Positions 38,833 to 50,495 are shown, counted from the whole stretch's first letter. The stretch: DNA of 62,652 nt, filler included, from Rhabdomonas costata (GCA_019059605.1; 44 parts of 44 records of this genome joined end to end with filler, not necessarily neighbours in it); one strand, 5' to 3'. The notes: generated by a model not told the origin, from the letters alone. Translations and numbers: made by a program.

Positions 38833-39994
38833 CTGTACAGGATTCACACAGAGACGCAACAAAGAAGAACAGCACACGTGAGATGAGCGTTTTTCCGGGA
38901 AGTGGAGATGGTCTGCCCCCTGCTCTAGGGCTACAGCGCGAGCTAGCTGCAAGGCACCAACAAACCCCGCAAAAACAAAATAAACCTAGTACGAGTCCGA
39001 GTCCCACCGCGCCCTGCAAATAGTCTCTGAGGCAGTTACACAGGCATTGAGACCCACACGTTTTCCCTGAGCCTTGCGCTCCATCGCGTCCGAGGGTCCA
39101 GCGAAACCTTTCTCCGTGGCCAAGATATGGACAAGTGGACGAGGTGGTGGTGGGATACAAAGGCCCAACGGGATTTGCGCTTTGACAATGGGTAAGAAAA
39201 CAACTGAACTCAAAGAGCTAAGACCATTCGAGCGGCCTATACCATCGAATAAAATCGGTCTCACACCTCGGCTAGTCGCCGGGATGGTGAATGTCGTGCT
39301 GCTCTGGGGGAGCACAACAGCACCCTATGAAAGAGAAACGCCAACTGAACCGAGTGACTTCAGCACAGCTTTTCTAAGGCGCAAAGGGGAGGGGTGGAGG
39401 TCCAGTGTAGGAGGTGGCTCAAACGGTATTCCAACGGGAGAAGACTTTTCCTGGAGAGGGGTTGTTTTCCAATGAGCTAATTACTTCCATGATAATGGAA
39501 AGCGTGCAGGTAAAGAACGGGGCATTCGACGGACGGTAACAAGGCTCACCGACGAAAAGCGCAGAGCGAGCAACCTTATAAAAAACATTGCCGCGGCATG
39601 AAAGCAGATAGATAACAGAGGTGGTTCGGCCAAGAAAAAATGAGCCCCCCACCCTCACAGACGGCCGTAACCCACAACAGACACAGACGGGATCCGTGGT
39701 GTACTAAACCAACCATTGACCATCGCCCTTCACCCACCCCGCGTGGGTGTAGAGGAACGGAATAGCTGACACCAGGCCTCGGAACAAAGCTCCTCTAATA
39801 TTAGAGATCACACATATTAAAAGCCATCCCAACACANNNNNNNNNNNNNNNNNNNNNNNNNNNNNNNNNNNNNNNNNNNNTTAATTAATTAANNNNNNNN
39901 NNNNNNNNNNNNNNNNNNNNNNNNNNNNNNNNNNNNTGTGGTTGGTGATTAGGCTGGAGTGGGGGAGGGGTGGGGTGAAGATTGTTATGCGCGC

Positions 39995-41233
39995 CTGTAT
40001 TCGCGGAGCATCCCACGGAGCACGGGGCGGTTCCTGGTGCAGAACTCCAGGAGGAGGTTGCGCAGCCTCGCTGGTACCTCAGGGAGGGAGCGGTCTACCA
40101 GGTCAAGGGCCTGGGCACACGCAAACTCGCATTACACGCACCCACTGCGCTGCGAAGGTCCTTCTGAGTTCGCTGCTTGGTCGCTTCCCGGGCTGCGGAT
40201 CAGCCCTGTCCTGCTAAACAGTGACCTGCGAAACTTCCATTTCATATTCAACTGCGGCTTTTTTAAGGAGCCCAAAACTCTCATCGCTCCCAGTCTCCCA
40301 GTCTGGCTTTTATGACCCTTCACTTCATCTTATCGCGTTTGGGAATCGTATCATCGGAAAAATGATTTAAATTAAACCCGATTCCTCACAAGACAAGACA
40401 AACAAGATTCCTCACTTAGATGCACTCACAAGCTTTGCATGAAAAGGGACCAGAGGCAAAGTCAGGGTACCAGCTACTAATCGCATAATGCATAACTGAC
40501 CTCGCGGTACAAGCGGAAGCGCTCCAGGATGCGGTCGTCCTTGGCCGACACGACCTGCAGGCGGTACAGCTTCGACACGATCTCCTCCACAGTCTCCTTC
40601 AGCCTAGCACGTTCTCGCTCCTGGAACGCCCCCACCCTCGGCAACAACCCCCAATCTTAATCCAAATGTCTAGGGGTACACAACGTGCACAGGGCATTGC
40701 TTTCGTGGAGGTTTCTTTCTGTCTACAGCGGGCAAATTCTCTCCCGCTGCCTGGCCGGTTCTCATGGGTGGGAACAACCCCGCTGATCATGGGCGGAGGT
40801 TCTTGGGAAACCTCAATTATGCCTGACGTACAACAGGGAGGCGAAGCGAAAGGAGCTGCCGTCGCTGGGGGATGAAACCCGACCAACAGCAGGGCATGCT
40901 GCGGCAGGGGGATGGAGCCAGTGCTGTGCTGTGGCTGTAGCGCTGACACACACACACACACACGCACACATACAACGTGCATCTCCGAGTGTCAAGGGGC
41001 ACACACACATCGCCCCGAGGTGAACGACCAGCCCTGCACATGACGCGATGAGCAGCATCAACATTTCTGCAAATCTGTCGGGGTGGCCATATAATGATTG
41101 CGAGCATCCCCAAGGACCTCCCCATTGAGGTGCACACCTTGCGAGTCTGCAAGGAGCGGGCCTGCTCACCCTGCATGATGATCTCCAGCTTGTGCAGCTC
41201 TGCCTGGCGGCCGCGGTGGAGAAGCTCTGCAGC
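39995..41233 (-). CDS. Coiled-coil protein, possibly DUF4200 (CFAP100/CFAP73/CCDC42-like); exons 41233-41138, 40620-40501 and 40110 to about 39995
   Basis: Three exons joined by two phase-0 GT-AG introns read ...QARSLQTRK-ERERARLKETVEEIVSKLYRLQVVSAKDDRILERFRLYRE-ALDLVDRSLPE. The family call is tentative. Confidence 0.55.
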
Positions 41234-42786
41234 CTGGGAAACGCGCCCCCCCCCAACACCNNNNNNNNNNNNNNNNNNNNNNNNNNNNNNNNNNNNNNNN
41301 NNNNTTAATTAATTAANNNNNNNNNNNNNNNNNNNNNNNNNNNNNNNNNNNNNNNNNNNNGTGGGGGTGGAGCAATTGAAGATGTCTGAGGGTAATTTCC
41401 AATTCTACCATCAGCAGTTTGTGACTAGGATGAATCTGTTGAATGGGACGAAGTTTGAAAACGAAAAAGATGGTTTCCCGAAGAAATCCAGTGTGGTTTC
41501 GATCACGAAAAGCTCTTGACGACAGAACAAAACAAAACAAATCACGCCTCCACCTGAAATAAGCCCTGCTGAGCACGATGAGTATTCCATGATTGAATCA
41601 CTAAAGAGGAAAGAGGAAAGATGAAGAGGTCTTGGTAGCTTTGGCGTGCCAGCTTCATGAAGCCGGTGGCTTCGTCCGGCTTGTGACTGCTTCTGACGCA
41701 TAGGGGCGGAATTCGCTACCAGTGTATTGATATTTACCCATCCCCTAGACAGTGTTGTACACTTAGCACTTGAAGTCTGTTGTGCTGAACGTGGTTTGCC
41801 GGTGGAGGGATGGTTCCGCACATTACTCGCGCGACACTCACAGTGTGTTTAGTTGTGATTGCTGCTGACCCACGGCGTTTTAGTTCATAGCCGCATCCTT
41901 CATCGTGTTCTTTGGATCATAATTTTCATCGAGCAGCAGCGCATTATCAAACCAGGTTGAACCCATGACCACTTACCCACTGGAGTGTGTCACCCCGTTG
42001 GGCAACCAAACTTTCGATTCTGGATGTTTTTGTAATGGCTCCTTATACCACATATGTCACAATCCAAAGATATTGCGGGAAATTTAACGTGGCTCCTACC
42101 GCTGGAGGTCATGACGCCTCTGGGTCCTGCTCGAGTTGGACTGTATTCCGACATTGCTTGCACAAGATTGGCGCTGCCTCGACTTACCTAGGTGACTCCC
42201 ACCTAGACGTGGATTCCATTGTTTACTTCCATGTGGGTCGCTGTGGAGCTTCTTGGCAATAACAAAGAAGAGAAGCGCGAGGCACAGGCATCTATTAAGG
42301 AAGAAAATGTCGATATATGCAATCGGGTTTAGGCTGAGTCGGTAATTTGCGACATTTCTCGAGCATGCCTTCGCTTGAACGACAAAACGTGGGAGCTCGG
42401 AAGGCGCCAGTGGAAAAAAGAAGCCGCACCAATATAACCAGACGCGGTAAATGGCAGGAAGGCAGGCAGTCCACCAACGTTTTAAGCGTCTGGTTCTTTG
42501 CAGCGTATTTTGTAACTTGTGTTTCTTTCGTCTGCCCGCGCGCCTCCCCTAGAAGCCTCCCCTCTCTTAGATTCGGCCCTTTTGTGCTTCTGTGCTTCCG
42601 CTGCTGCGTACTGCCTTGGCAAACTGTCGGCGCTGTTCAGTGCACGGATGTAAGTGTACTGGTGTTTATCACTGCCTGTTTCTCACNNNNNNNNNNNNNN
42701 NNNNNNNNNNNNNNNNNNNNNNNNNNNNNNTTAATTAATTAANNNNNNNNNNNNNNNNNNNNNNNNNNNNNNNNNNNNNNNNNNNN

Positions 42787-43873
42787 GTGGGGGTGTTGGA
42801 ACGGTACTCCGCCCGGATGGATCCGGCTTGTGCCTGGTTGGGATCCGGATCTCCGACAAGATGGTCTTGCAGCTCCTTCCAAGGTTTATCTGAGATACAC
42901 TCAATAAAGATGGTGGCTCTGCGGGCACCATGGTAGGGTTGGAGCTCATGCGGATGCGAGGCGTTTAGGACAATGGTGTTCAGCTCCTGGAGGAAAGTCG
43001 CGGAGGCCCAGGGAGAGAGCTTGGAGCAGTCGCGTTGCTGGCTAAGCTGGTAGAGGATGAGAGCAGTGAACTGCGGGTGCTTTTTGAGAAGCTGGTGAGC
43101 GCCAAGAACTTCCGCACCTGCTGCAAGCTCAAGCCGAAACTGGTTGTTGAGCTTGTCGCGGGCAGCATTTGAAAGAGCAGCAAGCCCACCATGTGAAACC
43201 TCGCAAATGCCGCCAAAGTGATCGACCATAATGCGCAAGGACTCCAAGCGAGGTCCCGCAACTACCAGCACTCCACCAATGACCACCTTATTGCGGGACA
43301 GGGCTTCCGTTGCAATACCCACAACGCGGTCCATATTGACCTCGGGAGTGGTCACTTCGGGCTTGAAGTACAGGACAAAGTGGTGGGCAGAACTCTTGTC
43401 CATACTTGCGTTGAACGGCCGAACCCACTGCACATGCTCACTGGGCGGAGCATCATGGACGGTTGCCTTTTGATATGCCAGAACGATTTCTGAGGCAAGA
43501 GGAGGTGCCAGAACTCCCCGAAGGATCGGCACTGCGTCCATGCTGTTGATATGATGGGTCATCTCAAAGGCGGTCAGAACACGCCCGTTTTTGGGGTCAA
43601 CAAAGCTGGGATTCGAGGAGAGCAGCTCCACTTCAAGCGAGGTCGTACCCGCTTTCAACAGGAGCATCCCAAAAGCAGTCTGTTCCACAGAAAGCTTAGG
43701 CTGGTTGGGGTCGGAAAAGAACAGACGTAGCTCCACCAGCCCTTCAAGCGGCCCGGCGGACATGTGCACCCCATTGAAAGCCGTATCCACCGAGGGGAGC
43801 TTCAACACAGACGCTCGTCGTAGAAAAGTCCCTCGGGCAGAGGTCGGACAGGCCTCCAGAGGATCGGTCAATC
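42787..43873 (-). CDS. Tandem nucleoside-diphosphate-kinase-like domain protein, partial
   Basis: GLTDPLEACPTSARG...FNGVHMSAGPLEG, then a second unit with FVLYFKPE...WKELQDHLVGDPDPNQAQAGSIR. These are NDK GxTxP..A..G(S/T)IR and NxxHxS motifs. Confidence 0.8.
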
Positions 43874-44226
43874 CTGACAGCACAGAAAACCAACACACAA
43901 GGAAGTTTGGACCAAAGTCAACTAAATCCGATTTTCGCTTCGGCAGCAGCTTCGAAAACTAACTGCAGCGCCATTTCGGTGCAGTATCCTTCAATATCCT
44001 GCCCCACTCTCCTCGACATTCCCATAAATACCAGATCGGCAAAGAGCAGCAAAACAATCTCGGGTGCAATGCATCCGTGAAATATATGCAAATTAACGCT
44101 CCAACCCAACACNNNNNNNNNNNNNNNNNNNNNNNNNNNNNNNNNNNNNNNNNNNNTTAATTAATTAANNNNNNNNNNNNNNNNNNNNNNNNNNNNNNNN
44201 NNNNNNNNNNNNTGTTTTTGTGTTAT

Positions 44227-44645
44227 TGATGTGCAATATATGGTTACATGTACATGTTAACGTTAATATTTATGTTTTATTGTATTTTTGTTGTAAACAA
44301 CAAACTTTTATAAAAATAAGTTATTAAATCTATTATGTTGAAGTTTCAATGAATTGAAACTTCCAAAACTCAAAGCTTATAAATAAGCTTTGAGTTGTAA
44401 TATGAACCATTGTATGCGCATCTTTGTCCGCGATTTTATGTTATTGTATATGTAATAAGATACATTGGTGCGCAATATATGGTTATATGTACATGGCAAT
44501 GATAATAAATATGTTTTATGATTCATTTGTTGTAAACAACAAACTTTTTATAAAAATAAGTTATTAGATCTATCATGTGATATAAACCATAGTATGCGCA
44601 TATTTGTCCGCGATTTGATGTAATTACATATGAAAAAGATACATT
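44227..44645. repeat. AT-rich, about 180-bp tandem repeat x2 containing palindromes; copy 1 has a 60-nt excess
   Basis: GCAATATATGG at 44233 and 44472; AGATACATT ends at 44466 and 44645. Both copies contain TTTGTTGT-AA-ACAACAAA. Confidence 0.9.
44339..44395. mobile_element. Candidate double-hairpin insertion element flanked by TGT direct repeats
   Basis: Present in repeat copy 1 and absent in copy 2. Two perfect stems of 11 bp and 14 bp. TGT at 44336-44338 and 44396-44398. Confidence 0.45.
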
Positions 44646-44674
44646 AATAAAAATGTTTTACAACATTTTTATTA
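44645..44674 (-). terminator. Perfect 13-bp hairpin (4-nt loop) beginning 7 nt after the stop codon; mimivirus-type 3'-end/polyadenylation signal candidate
   Basis: TAATAAAAATGTT-TTAC-AACATTTTTATTA immediately downstream of the ORF ending at 44681. Confidence 0.6.
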
Positions 44675-44680
44675 TAAAAA

Positions 44681-45379
44681 TTACAAATTTATGTCATTAT
44701 ACGGTTTATGTAACTGATGTATTGTGTTTAATATTTGATTGTCTTTGGTATGAAATATTAGAGTAGCTATTTTTCCAACTAATTTCATTAAATTATCAGT
44801 TTCTTTTGGATCATAATTTATCAATATATAACCGTTTTTTTCTAGGTTGTCTTGACGTGTATTTTCATATTCGTTATCTAGATGATTATATTTGTCTATT
44901 TCAATGATTATTTTATAATCAGGTAAATAAACATCAACTATATATTCATCTATTTGATGTTGAAACGTGTATTTTATATTAATTTCATTAAAATAATATT
45001 CTAAATATTTGATTGTTTCTAATTCTTTACATAATATTTGTTGTTTTTTGTTTATATTCAATAATTTTGCAATTTCTCCTATATTTTGCTGTGTTGATTT
45101 GTAAAAAATTTTTTCAACACCATCTTTTGTTATATAAATTGTGTGTTTCATATTTTTTTTGTTCTTATTATATTTTCTTAGTGTTTCTTCATCATATAGA
45201 TCTTTTAAATATTGTTTGTGTGTGTCATCAAGACTTTCTATAATACTTTTAAAATTATTACATGATTTTCTATTTTGATATAGTGCACGTGCTATATCTT
45301 TACCTTTGTAATAATCTTTGTTATTTTTCATTAAAATCTCAACATCTATATTATTTATCGTTATTATTTTTTGTTTCAT
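44681..45379 (-). CDS. Bro-N-like domain fused to a DUF559/Vsr-like endonuclease domain, large-DNA-virus type
   Basis: N-terminus YYKGKDIARAL...TIYITKDGVEKIFYKS; C-terminus FQHQIDEYIVDVYLPDYKIIIEIDKYNH...RQDNLEKNGYILINY. Intronless and extremely AT-rich, unlike the other contigs. Confidence 0.8.
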   Translation of the reverse strand: MKQKIITINNIDVEILMKNNKDYYKGKDIARALYQNRKSCNNFKSIIESLDDTHKQYLKDLYDEETLRKYNKNKKNMKHTIYITKDGVEKIFYKSTQQNIGEIAKLLNINKKQQILCKELETIKYLEYYFNEINIKYTFQHQIDEYIVDVYLPDYKIIIEIDKYNHLDNEYENTRQDNLEKNGYILINYDPKETDNLMKLVGKIATLIFHTKDNQILNTIHQLHKPYNDINL

Positions 45380-45406
45380 CTTGATAAGTTTTATTTTATT
45401 ATTATA

Positions 45407-45538
45407 TTAAATATATTCGTCTATTTCAATGATTATTTTATATTCAGGTAAATAAACATCAACTCTGTAATCATCTATTTTATGTTGAAAGATGTATTTT
45501 ATTTTAATTTCATTAAAAAAAATTTCTAAATATTTAAG
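45407..45538 (-). pseudogene. 3' end of a tandem paralog of the Bro-N/DUF559 gene, stopping early
   Basis: LKYLEIFFNEIKIKYIFQHKIDDYRVDVYLPEYKIIIEIDEYI* closely matches the downstream gene but ends before the conserved His. It lies 27 nt upstream of the ATG at 45379. Confidence 0.75.
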
Positions 45539-47139
45539 NNNNNNNNNNNNNNNNNNNNNNNNNNNNNNNNNNNNNNNNNNNNTTAATTAATTAANNNNNN
45601 NNNNNNNNNNNNNNNNNNNNNNNNNNNNNNNNNNNNNNTGTGTTAGGTGTGTTTAGTGTTTTGTGGATTCCAGATGTGTGTCACCAACCAGCCGTGGAGC
45701 TTCATCGCTCATGTGCTGGAAAAAGCATGTTGATAGAACTCTTGGCTGATGCTGGTGACTACAGAGTGGCCAGATGCACCGTGGTACTTGACTTTTAATG
45801 ATATGACTGTGCTAAGCGAGCGTTGGAATGGAATGTTGTACCTTTATTCCACATGACGTTTGAGGTCAAAACACATCTGCGCTCTTTTCTTACGTGTTTT
45901 GACGAGGTGAAATGAATGTAGTCATTGATGTTCCACACAGGTGGGTTATAGTGTGTTTTCCATAAGTGGGCAAGTGTTGTAAAGGTGTAAAATAGTTTAT
46001 GTATGACGATATATGAACGTTTCTTCTTTGTGCTTACATTCTTTGTTTCATCTTTTAAGGTGCAACACAATTCTCCATAGCGGAGTACCGTTTCCATACT
46101 TCAGACTCTTTGTTGGAATGTGGTGGGAGGTGAGGATGGATGGAACCTCTCCACATCGTGTGCCAGATAAATAGTTCCTATAGCTGGTTGTGTTCTTTCC
46201 AACCGCTATAGTATTTAGCTATATACTTGTTCCTGAGGTCCTGAAATCACAGGTGTTCGATCTACATTTACAAAGTTTCATCCCTACTTTCATAGCTGTG
46301 TGTGTGAGAGTGTGACTAAACGATTGGTTTCCAGAGAGTTTGTGGATTGTGACTGACGTTAGCTACTGTAATTAGAGTTCAGGAGATTAATAAGACCACC
46401 TAGACACCTGAAGAGAACTGTTACTTTGCATGTATGAATGCGCTTGTGAGGGGCAATCTATACAATCTGTATGAGGCTTGTGTGCAGTGCTATAATAAGT
46501 CCTCCACAGATTTAGAGAAGGTGCGAAAAGAAACTGCATGGCGACTGAATAGTAGATGCTCGGAAGTGATAGATAAAACGACGAGGTGGATTAATGCAGT
46601 GCATTGGATTTCACATCAGTGCAATGACAGAAAAATGCGGAGATCACGAATCTAGTGTTTACCCTTTAACATGGAGGGGTTGAGATGGCCAAGGATATGG
46701 AGGAGTTAAATAAGTGGAGCAGGGTTGTCCAGTTATCTACACAGTTACAGACCCTGAGAATCATTCCATCAGTGTTGGTTGATCACGCCCTGGTGATAAA
46801 TGTGATGGATGTTGTTGATTAGATAGAGTGATTGGTTATTATGTCAAAACTGGAGAATATCGAGGTGTTGCTTAATGAGGTTTGATGAGGAAGCTATTTT
46901 CTATACACTTATATGCTCTGGTTCCAATGGAAATGAATATGAGTCATACCAAACTGCTATAACCNNNNNNNNNNNNNNNNNNNNNNNNNNNNNNNNNNNN
47001 NNNNNNNNTTAATTAATTAANNNNNNNNNNNNNNNNNNNNNNNNNNNNNNNNNNNNNNNNNNNNTTATCTTAAAAAAAAACCGATTTTAGCTGCCGTTGA
47101 CAGGGTAAAGTGTAGCCTGCCACGAGCGGCGCACACCAC

Positions 47140-48288
47140 CTGCGCGGATATGGGAGACCCTGCAAGCAGCATCTGCAGCCTGTTGAAGGACCCCGAAACC
47201 ACTGTCAGGGTCGATGGAAGCGATCCGAGGTTCAAACTACCAGTAAAGATATTTCTCTGCAGATTAAGCTTCTCGAGAACAGGAGGAAGGGCGGTGAGAT
47301 TCAGCGGACCAAAGATTTTGTTGTAGCAGAGGTCCAGAAAAGCTAGAGTCCCTGGGAGATAAGTCAGGTCCACGGTGGAGCTGAAGGAGTTGAAGCTCAG
47401 CGAGAACCACTGCAGTCCTCGGGGGAGAGTTGACAGGTTCAATCCCGACGGGCTCTTCAGAAGATTTCCGCTGAGGTCGAGATTCGTAAGCCGGGGTGGA
47501 AGTGAGGTCAGGTTCAGCTGACCTTTCAGATTGCAGCTTGAGAGCCGAAGCTGTTGTTGGGATGAAGGAAAACTGCTGAGGTTACAGTCTTTCTTGCACG
47601 GGTTACCGCTGAGGTCGAGGTAGATCAAACCTAACTCAGCGGCACCTTGACCGATGCCCCACGACAGGACGTTGAAAGACAAATCGGCAACGCTTAGCAA
47701 AGCGGGAAGCTGATCAACCTGAAAACTTCCTTGCAGTGTGTTGTAGCTCAGCTCGAGAGTCTGCAGGCCCCGAGGAAGCTCGGCGAAGTTGGTGGTACCG
47801 GAGAACATATTTGAAGAAAGGATGAGGGTGCGCAGCGAGGTGGGGAGACGGCTGAGGTCCAGAGACCCAAAAAACTTGCACCGGCTAAGGTCGAGGGTCT
47901 CCAGCTGAGGAGGAAGAGAAGTTAGGTCAAGGCTGCCCGTGAGGAACGGATTTGCAGAAAGAGAAAAATTCCGCAGCGATTTCGGCAAATACAGCGCATT
48001 CAGCACACCTACAAAACTGTTCCCGCTAAGGTTAAGTGCTTCGAGAGACAGTGAGGACAAGAGAATGAAAGCGTACTCGTCCAGAATCCCTATGCACTGC
48101 ATTCCAGAGAGGTCCAAGCCCACCACGCGGCCGTCGGCATCGCACGAGACGCCCGCCCACTTCCCCTTGCACGGGGTGGTGTTTGGTTCGAACCAAGTAG
48201 AGAGGTCACAGATAGACAGATGAGATCCAAATTCCAGTAACGACCGAGCAGACTCTGCGTGACCCCCCCCCCAGGTGGAGCAATTTTC
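47140..48288 (-). CDS. Extracellular leucine-rich-repeat protein with an LRR N-cap (large exon)
   Basis: W....PC...WAGVSCDADGRVVGLDLS cap, then about 12 repeats of LxLxxLPxxLxxLxLSxNxFxGx (about 23 aa). AG/GT-bounded. Confidence 0.92.
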
Positions 48289-50324
48289 CTGGAAAGTACT
48301 TCGAGGCACGGGATAAAACATTAGTTCTGAAAAGAGTTAGGCACTGCGTCGCTGAAGATAATATTCACAGGTAGAGGTGAAACCCAAAAANNNNNNNNNN
48401 NNNNNNNNNNNNNNNNNNNNNNNNNNNNNNNNNNTTAATTAATTAANNNNNNNNNNNNNNNNNNNNNNNNNNNNNNNNNNNNNNNNNNNNCCATGGTGCT
48501 ATTGGCTAGCTGGTGGAGGTGTTATGCCATGATCCCAGACTGTCCGGATAGTGTGCCCGGGACGAGTCGGTCTATCAGCTTGTCTGCGTCGTCCCCGGTG
48601 ACTTTGCAGCTGACTGGTGTAAGTAGCTCTATGGGCTACTTCCTTTTGTGGAAGATGGCCTGATCTTTTCCAGATTCCGGCCGACGTCGACGGTCCCTCA
48701 GGAGCAAAGCATTCTTCATCCTCTACCCGTACGGCCTTGGTACACCCATTGCGCTGCCTTCCTGAACGTGGCGGCTTCCTGGGTGACTTCGACCGCTTGC
48801 GCAAGAGGCGGTCAATGGCGCTTGTCTTGGCATGCCATCAACGGACTGTGGCGGTGAGCAGAAGCTTCGAGGTGAGTTAGAGACGACTTATGTTTGGTAC
48901 GTCTGGACTGATGACAAATTCGCGCAGGCAATTCAGAAAAATGGTTGCCCATTGCTGCAGGTGTCCGCTGTGGATGTACGTGATAGTTTTACATGAGGCT
49001 GCAATCACTTTGTCCATCGAAAGCAGGTTTCCGGGTGGGGCCACTGGTGTCTAGCAGTGGTCCTTCTCATGGCAACCGGAAGCTGATTTGGAGCGTTTCG
49101 CTGATTTGGGGCCCTTGATTTCAGCGGGCATGCCAGGGGTGAGCATGGAGTGAGCATGGACCTCGTTCGGCTGGTCTCCAGAACTACTTGGTTCCAAGGT
49201 CATGGTTTCTTGAGGGGTAGCGGTCCGCGGTACCTCCCTTGTCTTTTGTAGCGTGCCGTTTTACAAATTGAGCGCTTGAAACCGAACCACTTCTTCACAT
49301 GGTGTTGTCTGGGTTCATATCCTGCCTTGCCTTTTGTGTGGTGGATCGTGTTTCTACAGGGCCGGTATGATGCTAACTTGATCACTTGTGTTGCGTCTGA
49401 CACTTACCTAGAAAAACAACGAGGGACATCTACACCAACAAAAACCATGAGCCACGCAAACCCAACCACCGTGACAACCACGCGAATCCCAAACATCGGT
49501 ACGCACGACATAACCATCACACAAGAAGCAACAACACCAGCACGTAACCAGCACTACCAACACACCAACAGCATACCCCACAGCATCCGCACCACACCCT
49601 GACACCAACAGCACGACAACTCTACCACTACAAACAACATCCAACTCACATCCACTGCACCACTCTACTACAAGAACACCACGAGAGATCACGAGCTAGA
49701 ATTTGTGCAAGCATTGCTTCGGATACATCAAATTCTATTTGTATGCGCTGAGCTCTTCGAAGTTGCAGTCACACGTGTGGGAGGGTCCAAATGACCAAAA
49801 ATGACAGCATAGACAAGANNNNNNNNNNNNNNNNNNNNNNNNNNNNNNNNNNNNNNNNNNNNTTAATTAATTAANNNNNNNNNNNNNNNNNNNNNNNNNN
49901 NNNNNNNNNNNNNNNNNNGGGTTGGGTTGGCACAGGAGTAGCTCCGAGTGTATGGGTTTGCAGCTGCCCCAAAGGACTTTTACAAGAAAAAAAAGAAAGT
50001 CTGGGGTCGCTTTTGGACCTGGGTGATGCTAGAAAGGCAAAAAGGAGGAGGGTGGTGGTGGTGGAACAACGTGCACAGGCAAGGCATTCACGCTCGTTGG
50101 CAGACGGACAGCAGGCACCAATAACGATGCGTGTATGTGTGGATGTGTGGTTGCGTTGAGTGCCCGGGGTTACCTTACGACACACTGGTTCCTTGTTTCC
50201 ATCAAAGTTGAGGCAACTATACTGACGCCAGAGCCCTGATGCTTTCCACTTGATTGTTGCACTGGGACTGGTGTGGCAGTCGGTGTGTGCGGAGGTGGCG
50301 GTGTTGTGGTGGAAGCCTTCGAAC

Positions 50325-50495
50325 CAGCGGAAGGGGCACAAGGGTACGTGTTGCAGGGGAAGGGGGTGACGGTCCCGTTGACGACGGAGCAGGCGTACGC
50401 CGTTGAGAGGTCGGAGATGATAAACGTCGCAAGAAGGCTGCCCCCACCGCAGACTGCACTGCAGGAGCCGTTCCGGAAGAAACCCTGGCACTCCG
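50325..50495 (-). CDS. Thrombospondin type 1 (spondin-like) domain exon
   Basis: ECQG...SCSAVCGGG...C...PCNTYPC with a GTGCAG acceptor. Confidence 0.75.

Noticed and set aside
45639-46964. Stop-riddled AT-moderate contig as a transposon relic (likewise 41361-42686 and 62259-62652)
   Set aside because: No diagnostic motif found by eye; left unannotated.
42787-48390. NDK-like, Bro-N nuclease and LRR genes as a linked defence or viral-insertion locus
   Set aside because: They lie on separate contigs joined by spacers, so adjacency is arbitrary.
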